A stretch of 63,044 nucleotides of DNA, filler included, from Lenisia limosa (lineage: Eukaryota; Protista; Breviatea): the NCBI GenBank assembly GCA_001655205.1. It is 10 parts of 10 records of this genome, joined end to end, with 100 filler letters (N's around TTAATTAATTAA, not from the genome) between each part and the next. Parts side by side here need not be neighbours in the genome. Positions count along the whole stretch, not along the records: positions 1 to 11,108 come from LPNZ01000033.1; 9 more parts are not named here. One strand, written 5' to 3'. The notes under the pieces are model-generated. The model saw nothing but the letters and a program-made list of their open reading frames with translations, was not told the origin of the DNA and searched no databases. Both the position numbers and the translations under genes were made by a program. Positions 1 through 11,164 of the stretch are shown piece after piece (position 1 is the first letter of the stretch; each line of letters begins with the position of its first letter).

Positions 1-481
1 AGTCAGAAGTAGTGGATGAGGTCCACGAGTCCCGGCCAAAATTTGGTAGGCAGCATTTTTTACAATGTGTTTTTTTCGTTGGTTGTCATATCAGCCTTCA
101 TTTTGGACATATATTTCTAGATTCCTAGTGAATAATGGGATAACATATCATAGATATAGTTTATATGTGAGATATCATATAATATACATATACTGGCGGT
201 CACAAGTCTTAATTATTTTCCCGTGATAAACTCGTTCACCCAATTTCGTTTTTTTGATATTTAATAGACATGTGCAAGGGGAATTTCACGTAGCACAAAT
301 TTGACAAGAGGTCGAGACAGTGAATACCAAGGGATATACTGTTCCAAATTTTGAAAACCTGACACTGATTGCCAATCGTCCTAGCAATTTTATAAAACAA
401 AACAAAAATATTATCGAAGTTCTGTTCACAAACTCTTTTTCCTTTCATATCATTAATTGATCTACTATGTGTTATACTATA

Positions 482-548
482 CATTGACCGGGCTTGCCCG
501 ATTTTCTTGGCGATTCATAGTAAATCGGTCAAGACTAAATCCGGTCAC
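482..548. mobile_element. Family C hairpin MITE, degenerate copy
   Basis: TGACCGGG...CCGATTTTCTTGG...AAATCGGTCAAGACT...CCGGTCA; matches the intact copies at 36086 and 46855. Confidence 0.7.
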
Positions 549-1907
549 AATATTATACTATGTAGCTATGTAAGAAAAGGAATAATATAATCAATATACA
601 ATATATATACTGTGTACATAGTTATATATCATACAATGTTACTTGGACGGCAGATACCAGGTAATAATCATCAAGATACCCAGTAATTCTTCAGGATTTG
701 CAAAAATTGACTCTATGTTCGTCTCCGTTTACGCTTCAAACCCGCCAAGCTTTGTTGCAACCTATCAACTTTCCCCCGACAGCGATAACTGGGAGTGTAA
801 TCCAATCCCCAAACTTGGCCTTCCCTTCACCATCCCGTCAAATAACCGTAGTGTGCCCCCCCATCCATGTGTTGGAGTGAAAGATGAGAGGCTGTCCNNN
901 NNNNNNNAATCAACTTTCCCCCGACAGCGACAACTGGGAGTGTAATCCTATCCCCAAACTTGGCCTCTCCTTCACCATCCCATCAAATAACCGTAGTGTG
1001 CCCCACCATCCATGTGTTGGAGTGAAAGATGAGAGGCTGTCCTTCCTTAACTGGTCAAATGACCGGATTTGAAAAGGCATCACTGTTTCTAAATCACCAG
1101 ATTCGGTCCTTAAGCAACTTGCTGCCCAAGAATAGCACAACCGAACCATGACCAGTGTACATCTTGCAGTTCCGCCCAGGCCGAACTTCTGNNNNNNNNN
1201 NTATCTCTACAATCTTCTTCATTCACATTTCCAATTCAACCAGTCCCCATCAACCATTCTCCTCATTCTTTCAGTACAATTTGCGAGCACCATGAGCGCT
1301 TTCGACTGTGTAGACGCTTCCTTCATTTTGGGAGCCATGATATGTTGTTTAAAAACGTTATACCCTCTCCAGCACGAACTGTCTGTCAATGGGGCATTAG
1401 CCACACTCAGCTTGATTTTAGGCAATTCCGTTCTGATCCTTCTTCGTGGAACTGAACGCCAAAAGAACATTCTTCTCGCGACGCCGNNNNNNNNNNAATA
1501 AACTTCCGAAAGTAATCGACGAGGTGCCCCAGGTAGATACAACTGACGAAGAATCCTGAAGGTTAGCGCCAGAGACCTTGTTAAAATGGCGAGAACTCTG
1601 TCATCATGAAACCAACCATCCTGTACCATTTCTACAATCTTATCTATTCACATTTCCAATTCAACCAGTCCCCATCAACCATTCTCCTCCTTCTTTCAGT
1701 ACAATTTGCGAGCACCATGAGCTCTTCCGACTGTGTAGACGCTTCCTCCATTTTGGGAGCCATGATATGTTGTTTAAAAACGTTATACCCTCTCCAGTAC
1801 GAACTGTCTGTCAATGGGGCATTAGCCACACTCAGATTGAAATACACCCACAGCCAGAGTATGAAGGAATGGTGTTCTGCAATTAAGTCCATTTCANNNN
1901 NNNNNNA

Positions 1908-3307
1908 AAAGCAGCATTCAAAGCTGGTGAAGTATTCATAAACAACCCGGATTGTATCAATCTTCCTGGGTTTCCCAGTCACCGCAACATCACACGGTTT
2001 GAGGCATCTTTAAATTCTGGCAAGAAGGAAATGGGCCCCCAAAAATAACAGATTGAAGCGTTTGTGAACACTTTGACCACGCCACACTCACGCCTCCATG
2101 ATGACATCATTAATGGTGCACTGGTCTCATCAAAAGATATTACCAATGCCAAGGTTGTTCTGCTTTCATTTTTCCTTGCCCAAGACGAGTATACGGGAAA
2201 CCCTGACTACGGCAACTCTTCGGAGNNNNNNNNNNCATAAAAGACAACACGGATTGTATCAATCTTCCTGAGTTTCTCAGTCACCGCAACATCACACGGT
2301 TTGAGGCATCTTTAAATGCTGGCAAGAAGGANNNNNNNNNNNNNNNNNNNNNNNNNNNNNNNNNNNNNNNNNNNNNNNNNNNNNNNNNNNNNNNNNNNNN
2401 NNNNNNNNNNNNNNNNNNNNNNNNNNNNNNNNNNNNNNNNNNNNNNNNNNNNNNNNNNNNNNNNNNNNNNNNNNNNNNNNNNNNNNNNNNNNNNNNNNNN
2501 NNNNNNNNNNNNNCCCACATACCCTTGAAGGGCATGGAAGCCTCCGAGAGAAGGCGAGAAACAGATCGCTCTTCATCTATGACATGTTTTTTTTAAAATA
2601 TCTTCAGGTTTCTTCTTCGTGATTTTTCAAAATGTATCCAGGTTTCTCGATGCAGCTGTGCGCTTCTCCGCATTTTGGTTGGTTTAGTTTGGTTTATATA
2701 TTTAACAAATAGAATATATTATTATACTATATGATATGTCATATATCATACGATTTGATATACTATATACTAGTATATATTGTGTTTTTGATATTTGAAT
2801 TTTGGCACAATGTCTTGTCGTATACATAATAGGTGGAAAAGTACCTTTCCAATCCCGATGAGTTACCATGGGCCCAGATGAAGTGCGTTCNNNNNNNNNN
2901 NNNNNNNNNNNNNNNNNNNNNNNNNNNNNNNNNNNNNNNNNNNNNNNNNNNNNNNNNNNNNNNNNNNNNNNNNNNNNNNNNNNNNNNNNNNNNNNNNNNN
3001 NNNNNNNNNNNNNNTTGGAATTATCATTTAAAAAAATTCATAACTTACTTGTTTTAGAAAGAGCTGAAGAACGCCAAACTCGTGGACAAGCCAATGGTTG
3101 GTGGTGGTTAAATCCTATCAAGAATTTGTAATTACATTGTGTATTTCTAGACTGTTGGTAGATTATTGATTTCGTAGGTGGAAAAAAACGAGCTGCAAAA
3201 GCCAAAAAGGCTAATACTCGTGGTATGAGTCTTTATTTTTTGTATTTGAGTTGTTGTAATTTTTCACAACATTTAACAATTTAGGGGGCAAAAAACCTAA
3301 GAAGTAA
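1908..3307 (+). pseudogene. Possible Ulp1/peptidase C48-like protein, gapped, with one in-frame TAA
   Basis: Frame reads LTTPHSRLHDDIINGALVSS...KVVLLSFFLAQ (resembles Ulp1 WLNDEIIN). Later pieces: SLFIYDMFFL, LPWAQMKCV[gap] (position of the PQQxNxxDCG motif), and spliced Lys-rich end GGKKRAAKAKKANTRGGKKPKK*. Catalytic residues would fall in gaps. Confidence 0.3.
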
Positions 3308-3452
3308 TAAGGTGTTGTATGTATCTTTTGTCTAATCTCTTGTGTACAATTGATAAATGGTCTTGAAAAAGGTGGTTTTGTTGAGGAAATTGATTAAATG
3401 CAAAAGTCACTGGAGGAGACAATAAGACCTGCGATTGTTTTTTGAAAACCAA

Positions 3453-4000
3453 CTAGGTCGCCCGGTGTGGCTTAGTGACAGCACCACTAAATAAAGATAA
3501 CGTGAATGCTGCGGCGATGTCCCCGGATGCTCTTGTACTAGACGGTAAAGATCTGTATGCAATGGAGTGCAAATGCCCCTCAAACCGGAATGTCTCTTCC
3601 TTACCCCCTGTAAATTACGCACTCCAACTAGCTTGGCAAATGCATGTGGCACCAAAGTCGCAGCATCTCAAGCCCATTTTCAGCGATTTCACCCTGAAAG
3701 GCACTCTTTTCGTAGATTACAAAGACATCAGGATGCTGTGTTAGTGGGGTATTTTCTGTTCAACACAGTTTATTTCAAGCTCATATGCTCCTTCTCTTTT
3801 TTTCATTATCTATTGCATACGAACATTACTGTCCAGATCTTGGTAGGTCTTTTCAAGGGCCACTGGGCGGATTTCTCCGCACAACTTGCCAATCTTTTTG
3901 CATCTGGTACGATGACACATTCCTAAAGCTCCACAATGTTCTTGGCTAAATAGGTTTTACTTGATCCTGAATCTCCAGCCAATGATGTTGTAATTATGTC
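3453..4000 (-). pseudogene. Degenerate P-loop NTPase-like fragment
   Basis: LAGDSGSSKTYLAKNIVEL (Walker A-like, G to S), a 1-nt slip in a T-run near 3925, then HPDVFVIYE (Walker B-like) after a putative intron. Confidence 0.3.
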
Positions 4001-4006
4001 AGGCAG

Positions 4007-4131
4007 GGGGCCTCCACTCATGAAAATTAGTATTCCACCAGTCAAACAGTGGTGGATGGTGGAAACCGAGTTTCGGAGAGTAGTGGATGGTGGAATCTGG
4101 TGGAACACTAATTTTCATGAATGGAGGCCCC
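4007..4131. repeat. 125-bp inverted-repeat (foldback/MITE-like) element
   Basis: Arms 4007-4040 and 4098-4131 are reverse complements with 2 mismatches; internal direct repeat GTGGATGGTGGAA x2. Confidence 0.8.
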
Positions 4132-4229
4132 TTGATGTCAGATGGTTTACTGGGTGTAGCATACTGTCCCGCCGGGAACAAGCACCCTTTTACCCTGTCT
4201 TAGAGTAGGTGTTGTTTTGTGAAGCGGCC

Positions 4230-5432
4230 ATGGTGAAGTATGCGTTACTTTGCCTTGTTTTGGCCTTTTTAGGATTTTCAGAGGTAAGAGAAGGGAAGGG
4301 AAATTTCTCGTATGACGTTTCAGGTTTTGGGTATCGCTACTTCCCCGCCAACTGGCTTTGCCTCCGCCGTTGAGACTTCTTTTGTTGTTGGATCACCTCT
4401 AATTGACTCCAAGCAACCTGATAGACTCAAATTGGCATGATGTTCTGAAGACGCTCATGACAAAGGCTATCTACAGCTGTGAAAACATCTATGCTGGCGA
4501 TTCGATGAGACTGAAATCTCCTAAGACCTTTGATACCGGTGAATGGGTACCGATTAAACCTCCCCTCCCCTATCCCACATCTCTCCCAGCCTGACCTCAA
4601 CAGCATTCTAACCCTTCTCCACACTTCAATTATCCCACTACGCAACTGTGTGATGTACAGGGCCAAGAAGATCATAGCCATTCAACTCAACTCAGTAGAA
4701 AATGATGCCGTGGTGATTGGAGGTTGCTATGCGACAGGTGTCGGATCTGACTCAGTTGAAACGTACAGAATTAAGGACGAAATAGAAAATTCATACCTAG
4801 TGAAGCTGAAAACCGTTCTTCAAACAATGTCTGAGTTTTTCAACCTTGATGATCTGCTGTTTCTCTTAATACGATGTGACGAAGGGATGCTTGAGCAACT
4901 TCAGGCTGCTTAGGTTGAAGGTCGATATCAGAACCGTCAGAAAATCTCCAAAAAAAGGTGTTCATCTTTGCGTGAAAAAATGTAATCAATATCACAACGT
5001 TACCACGCTACACTGCAGGAGACTACACCGTCACCGTGGGTTATTTATACCAGGGTTGCTTGTTCATTGTAATATTCAAACCCATCATTCCATATGCTGT
5101 TAGATGATTCAAGCCCCTCTACATCATTGCATATGCTGTTAGATGATTGTTGTTCGTTGCTCCGAAGGCTTCTATTACCTCTCCCCAGGCAGCAGCAAAC
5201 ACAGTTCCCATTGCCCCGTCCATCAACGTTACCGTGTCGCCTGCTGAACTCTATGCCCCGAACTCGATTCTCATTTCCCACCAACCCAGGCTGTGGCCGG
5301 TGGGAGGGTCCTTTGATCGCTATAATGTTCACATACACCAAGCCTTGCTGACGTTTCAGGAGTGATCCAGACACTGTCGTTACAGCCTCGTGATTCCTAT
5401 GGAAATGACATTACGGACCCCTCTGGCGTTAC
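4230..5432 (+). CDS. Secreted/surface protein with filamin- or Big-type Ig-like repeats (partial, frameshifted in assembly)
   Basis: Signal-peptide exon MVKYALLCLVLAFLGFSE with GTAAG donor; YTAGDYTVTVGY; NVTVSPAELYAPNS; spliced TQAVAG|VIQTLSLQPRDSYGNDIT typical of these Ig repeats. Confidence 0.45.
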
Positions 5433-6239
5433 GGTTTGTTGATCAAAACTGCATCATGTAATCGCTGTGTTGGTTAACTGGGCTCAGAACTCAAAGCCAA
5501 CAATCTACCACGTACATGTAGTCCGTATTATGTGTTCCATGTAGTCCGTTTTCTTCTCACTATTCAGCCNNNNNNNNNNATGTCAATGACAGGCAGCACC
5601 GTTAGTATCGCAACCACATAAGCTCTCATGCAACACCCTGTCAATATTGACAGTTCCGTCCAAAGGTGCTATTCACAACAATGCCAGCAGTCACGTTCTC
5701 ACTCTTCAGATTTGAATAAAATGGCCAGTTCATTACTACAACTTCACCACAACCGGTACCTATCAAATGGATCTCAGACTAATGGTGAGTTTTTATTTGA
5801 GCAACAGAAATAATAGATATTATACATCAGAAATCGAAATCTTGGGAAACAAATAAATGTATATGTAGGTCAGTGAAAAAAAGGAGCCCAGTGCAAAAAA
5901 AGGGGGCCCACTTTTTTTAAAACACTCATAAATGCACTTTTTCTGATCATTATTCAAATTTTCTCCAAAACTACATTCTGTATACCACCCCAGATATTAT
6001 GTATTTTTTGTACACAGAGTTGTATGCAAGGCATATGGTTGTGTGAATTACTATTAACTATCTGATGTTGTGCAAATACTACCTTATTTTATAGTATCTC
6101 ATTTCTAAACTCTTTATTTCTCCCCTTTTTGTACCATCTAATTACTTTTCCCGTTTTCTTAGCCAGAAAATCTTTTTTATTTCCCCTTTCTATTTATCAT
6201 ATCTAACTTAGCCTAGGTTATGCGCAACTCAGTGATGAC

Positions 6240-6617
6240 GTGGTGGTGTTGGTGAATGAGGAGAGGGTAGTCTCAACTACGACAGTAACAGAATCGGTGT
6301 TTCTGACTAGTTACCCTGACGACCTTGGTATCCTTAACAAGGAGGATGCTTTTTTCCGCTTCCATACCCTTGCCTTGGAGCAGGTTTCGGAAAGAAGGAC
6401 CTGCAGGTCTTGTTCCCCCCCGATACCACAAATTCACTGCGGCGTAGAGACCATACAATCTCAAGAACGTCTGTTTGAGGTCGTCACTCTGTTTGAACAT
6501 TATGCCAGTGAGATCCATAAGGTTCTTATCGATATCGAAAGAGCTATCACATTACACGCCAACAATCGAGCAGGAGACAGCCAACATCCAACCCACGAAG
6601 AGCTCCGACATCGTTGA
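6240..6617 (+). CDS. Uncharacterised ORF directly upstream of pogo-like HTH region
   Basis: 125-aa open frame with protein-like composition; no recognised motif. Confidence 0.25.
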   Translation: MVVLVNEERVVSTTTVTESVFLTSYPDDLGILNKEDAFFRFHTLALEQVSERRTCRSCSPPIPQIHCGVETIQSQERLFEVVTLFEHYASEIHKVLIDIERAITLHANNRAGDSQHPTHEELRHR

Positions 6618-6629
6618 AGACCACGGGAG

Positions 6630-7070
6630 TATCGATAGGCTTAGAGCTGAAAAAGATCGGAATTGCCTCCTTTTACTGTCGACTTTCATTTTTAAAAGCT
6701 CGGAGAAGCTCTGGGAGTGTCACAGGCAACTGTTTCCAGACGAGCTAAGATGAATGATTCAGAAGAGGTAAAGAAAAGTGGAGGTCGGTGTGCCCTTACT
6801 GTGAATGAAGAAGTGCTTCTGCTTCATGATATTGCTTACAAGATTTTCATTGGTGACCCCCCTTCCCAAAATAATGTATTCGAAATGGTGAGCTTGGCTG
6901 TTTATTCAAATATATACTTATTATTGTTATTATTATTTTGTTCATTTATCGCAAAATAGGCAAGAAAAAGACATTCAAATCTTTATCCATGCGATGAGCC
7001 TATAAACCTTACCCGAGGATGATTTCGTGGTTTTCTTGAAAGACATAAAGGCGCCAATATCAATTTAAAA
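6630..7070 (+). mobile_element. pogo/Fot1-type transposase N-terminus (HTH plus CENP-B-type HTH), degenerate or domesticated
   Basis: LSFLK[slip]LGEALGVSQATVSRRAK...KSGGRCALTVNEEVLLLHDIAYKIFIGDPPSQNNVFEM, intron 6888-6959, then ARKRH...LTRG*FRGFLERHK; TGA at 7020-7022 sits at the conserved W of GWxxxFxxRH. Confidence 0.6.
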
Positions 7071-8515
7071 GTTATTGTTTTATTTCAATGATCAGGGTTG
7101 CAGAGATGCAATTGTTCTGCTCTCAGGTATCATTGCTGGAATACGGGGCCGTTTTCCTCTTCAACATGAGGTGTTCCTTGCTGGGGCAACAAAAGCCAAC
7201 AACCTCCACTTTAAACACTCGCGATATCCCAAGACACAGTTTTGACGCCTCAGCATATAGTATTCAGAATTGCTCAAAAATCATTTTTACAAATTTTCAA
7301 AATTTTCCATGAATACCACATATTTTCTGAAAAACAACCTTAAAGTATAGAGCAAAATTGATTTTTTTATTTTGTCTAAAAAGTGTGAATTTTAAAAGCT
7401 GATAAGTGGATTTATCTGTCTTGATGATACGGCACTAAAAAAGTGACTTCCAACGGGGACAACTTCCGGGCAGAAGTGAGAGGAAAAAACGCGACAGGTA
7501 CGTAAAATGTGGTGCAATTTCACATTTTATGATCAAATTTTCATGTGCAGCTCATATGTACCTTGATTTTTTGTGTAAAACTAATTTAACTTTTATATGT
7601 CAAGTTTTTAATCCATTAAAAGGCGATTTAATTGCATATTATAAACTCTTAAATTAAGGGCATTGTTTGAGAGGAAAAAACCTGACACCTAGCAAAGACA
7701 GCAGTACAAGGTATGTGAAAACAGTTTTATTGTTGTTAATTCCTACAAACATCATATTTTTGTCTTGGTCATAAGACACAGCAAAAAAAAGAGTGTATCC
7801 AAAGACTTGGAGCGTGGTAGGGTCAGCATCCTGGTCTTTTTCTTCCAATGCTTGTTTTGCGGTAGTGATCCTTCTTTATGGCGGGCTGCACTTCGTCACA
7901 GGTATGCGAAGTGTCCAGAAGACCACCCCAAAAGAGCATGTACAAGTTAAACTGTGTTGAAATATGTTGTTCACAAACATCTGGTCGGCTGTCATGGTTC
8001 CTTTCAATTAAAACCCAAATGGTTTTCTTATTTAAAGAAGAATATTAAACACAAACCTGAAATCTTACAGACCAGGTCTATAAAGGACCAATTGGAGATA
8101 GTTCCTGAGGACTACATGCAGGGTCATTGGAACTTCATTACTGACGAAACATGCCGAGCTAGAGTCATGAACCATGAAGAAGAAGAAGAAATATAGAATC
8201 AACTACTTGATAGAAGAGAAGCCTGCACACAGCAAGCTGGAGGCGAAGAGCCAGTAGAAAACAGCTGGAGATGGGATCAACTGTCCAAAAATCTAGAAGA
8301 CACACAACTCACCACTTTCAGGAGGAGAGCGCTTTCCATTACACTCAATTACGGATTTTCACTGTATCTAAGTAACAAGGTATCAAGAAGAAGCCAAGAA
8401 GGAAGGCAGCGAACTGGCCCATAGTCAGCACGGACCCCAGGTCACATGAAAGGTAATATGAGATTTCAATCACAAAAACCTTTGACCACTCCCTTCCCGA
8501 AATGTTTGACAATGG

Positions 8516-8836
8516 ATGTGTGGAGTGTTCAGGGACATCAAGATCGACCCCATGAATTCTGTAGTTACTGTTACACAAGCCTTTGGTGAAATTGTATCAT
8601 CAGGAATTATGGTTGGATCTGCAGCTTTTGCCGAAGCTGCCTCTGCCCCACCATCCACCAAGGATCCTAAGTTTAGTGCAGCCGATTCAGACGAAGCAAA
8701 ACAGCTTCTCCAATGGCTGAGAGATAACAACGTCTTGGAAAACCCTGTCCTATTCACCCCTAAACCCGAGTCAGTTGCAGCGGCCAGTGGAACATGTTTG
8801 TCACTGGGGTCAATTCTTCAGCGTACTTTCCACTGA
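8516..8836 (+). CDS. Uncharacterised ORF/exon
   Basis: 106-aa open frame; opposite strand is also open so strand is uncertain. Confidence 0.2.
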   Translation: MCGVFRDIKIDPMNSVVTVTQAFGEIVSSGIMVGSAAFAEAASAPPSTKDPKFSAADSDEAKQLLQWLRDNNVLENPVLFTPKPESVAAASGTCLSLGSILQRTFH

Positions 8837-9109
8837 GGGATTTCTCCATTGCATTGAGTCCGTCGCAAGAATAAAACGCTCCTCTCCACACGACTTGATG
8901 ATGCTGGAAGGTATGTACACACTGAGTGATTTTTGATTATGGCCTCATTTCCATGCTATCATAAGATGGCTTGATAAAATTTTGCTATTCATAATATGAT
9001 ATCGAGAGTAATTTTTCAGAGTTATGAAGGAGGAAGGGTCTTTGGTATTATTGCCGCTACTCCAAGCACTGCAGTCATCATAGCATCCAAAAGTCTTGCG
9101 GCTACTTGA

Positions 9110-9240
9110 CTATTTTTGGGTTTGGAGCTAAATACAAGCCTGACGTTGGCCTGACGCTGTTTTGAAACGTTACGTACTATATTTAAACTTTGTATTAAGA
9201 GATAAAGAGATAAAAGCCTCTTGATGAAGAGAAAAAAACA
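9110..9240 (+). repeat. About 130-bp direct repeat, copy 1 (downstream of UBC2)
   Basis: CTATTTTTGGG..TTTGGAGCTAAATACAAGCCTGACGTTG...TGTATTAAGAGATAAAGAG...GATGAAGAGA shared with 10582-10710. Confidence 0.85.
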
Positions 9241-9393
9241 GTATTAGTGAAACGTGGACAAGCGTGCAAACTGTTAAATTAATAATGGTACAGTCATACG
9301 CGGAAACACGCAAGATTCTTGATAGAATGAATCTTTATATTGAAAGCACTCCTTCTTTAATCTTTCTTTTCCGAAACTCAATAAAAATGGTAG

Positions 9394-9945
9394 CTACTCC
9401 CAAGATTTAGAAACACATTCTTTAACAAGCTTAAAATATGCTCTCTTGTCTTCAATCCAAAGTGAAGCAGCTGCAGAGTTTGCAGGAGAAAGAGGGTTTG
9501 GGTCTGTCAAAAGGGACAAGTTAGTAATAAACAAACACTTGTATTGAGGTTAAAATAGCGCATACATCATATATTGGAGACCACTACCGTTAAGATTTCT
9601 ACATACCTGATTTTGAAGAATATCAAGGCAGATTGCCCCATCAGAATAAACATTAGGATGATAGACTTGACTTACAAATCTAACCTTAGGGCATTTGTTG
9701 GGGTACGATTCATCAAACTCTAAGAAGAGTTTAAAGGTGCCTTGTCAATAACTGTAAAAACCTCCTTCCCACGGACTTTCCTCCGGTCTAGAAAGTAAAT
9801 ATACTCATAAAATCACCAACCCAAATATTACTGCATTCCATACAAGAATGTTATTATCACAGGGTGCTGCCATAATACCAGGAGGTGGGTCATCTTGTAA
9901 TCTTTTAAAATCCCTAAGGAGCCTCCGTCTGCAAGGCGTTGACAT
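9394..9945 (-). CDS. UBC2: Ubiquitin-conjugating enzyme E2, RAD6/UBC2 type (150 aa, 5 exons)
   Basis: Exons 9945-9821, 9787-9762, 9740-9607, 9583-9539, 9516-9394 give [21 protein letters not shown]...PWEGGTFKL...[26 protein letters not shown]...[13 protein letters not shown]...SKSWE*; catalytic Cys intact. Confidence 0.97.
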
Positions 9946-10581
9946 TTTACAGTCTCAAACTCGACCTGAATGACCAAAAAGCCAAAATGTAACCCAACAC
10001 TGCAAACTGACCACTGATGTATTGATGTACTAAACTGATTTCAAACAAGTGTCTGCAGTGTCCAAGCTGTGTCCCAGGCTGAAACTCCCGGAAATGGATG
10101 GGATCCAGGGATCTGGTTATGGTGGTCAGGGATCTGGGATCTGGTTAGGGATCTGGCGGCGTTCCACCACTTTTGCTGCTTTTGCCAAAAATCACCCCCC
10201 CTTACTCCTTTTGGCGAAAAAAGAATTAATTAATATTAAAAAGGAAGAAAACAAGAAGAAAGGAGGAAAACCGCTAGAAAAACGAGAAGATATAGATTCA
10301 GCTGATTTATTAGTTCAGTGTTTTTAGTATGAGCACACTGGGTATAATCCAATGCAGATTCCAGCCAGTTTGTACGTGAAAGGCTCTATATTTCGATTTA
10401 ATTTCGTATAGAGGTCATCCGACACCTGAGGCAGAGACTGTTAACTGGTCTTAAAATATATTTAACTTATAATTTTGGTTGCAGTGGAAAAAAGGAAGGG
10501 GAACGTAACTTTCCAGAGTCTTACGACGGAGGTAGTAAGACCCTGGCGGGTTCAGATGGTATTTAGCTCATTTTCACTGAG

Positions 10582-10710
10582 CTATTTTTGGGTACTTTGG
10601 AGCTAAATACAAGCCTGACGTTGTTTTTAAATGTTACGTGCTATATTTAAGCTTTGTATTAAGAGATAAAGAGAGATACAAGCCTTTTAGATGAAGAGAG
10701 AACAAAACTA
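10582..10710 (+). repeat. About 130-bp direct repeat, copy 2 (upstream of UBC2)
   Basis: See 9110-9240; neighbouring AGCTAAGTAC x3 and GTATTTAGCTC/GAGCTAAATAC inverted pair. Confidence 0.85.
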
Positions 10711-11152
10711 TTGAGCTAAATCCACCTCCCGAGCAGGATTTAGCTAAGTACAAAAAATGTATTTAGCTTAGCTAAGTACAAAATGAGATCAATACAGCTA
10801 AGTACTGAAGTGTTACGGGCTCCTGGTGAGAAAAAGGCCTTCTGAAATCATGAACAAGATCATCATCAGAGGAGGCACTCTTTTTTTGTAAAAATAGGTT
10901 TATCTTATTGAAGTTATCTTTATCTCTATAAAAACGTGAAATAAAACAAGGGGGGTGACGGTCATTGTATAAACCCCCCAGGTGGCGGTATAATGATCAT
11001 TTTTATGCTCTTATCTCTTTTTACTACCTTTATCACGTCGAGGACTTAACGGTTTTAAATATGTGTTTTAAAGTAGTCTATAACTGCCCCCAAACTTGCC
11101 CAATTAGANNNNNNNNNNNNNNNNNNNNNNNNNNNNNNNNNNNNNNNNNNNN

Positions 11153-11164
11153 TTAATTAATTAA
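11153..11164. other. Artificial scaffold linker TTAATTAATTAA (also at 20107, 26324, 39220, 41355, 42979, 52082, 58424, 61037)
   Basis: Identical six-frame-stop 12-mer embedded in N-runs nine times. Confidence 0.97.

Noticed and set aside
600-1890. Several overlapping ORFs on both strands
   Set aside because: No recognisable motif, fragmented by gaps and duplications; strand and frame cannot be assigned
763-2331. Near-identical tandem duplications (763-897 vs 908-1043; 1203-1410 vs 1628-1835; 1935-2030 vs 2236-2331)
   Set aside because: Each pair is separated by a roughly 10-N gap; most simply unmerged haplotype or paralogue contig overlaps
3922-6697. Programmed frameshifting at 3925, 5277 and 6695
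   Set aside because: All are single-base slips in short homopolymers; sequencing error or pseudogene decay is simpler
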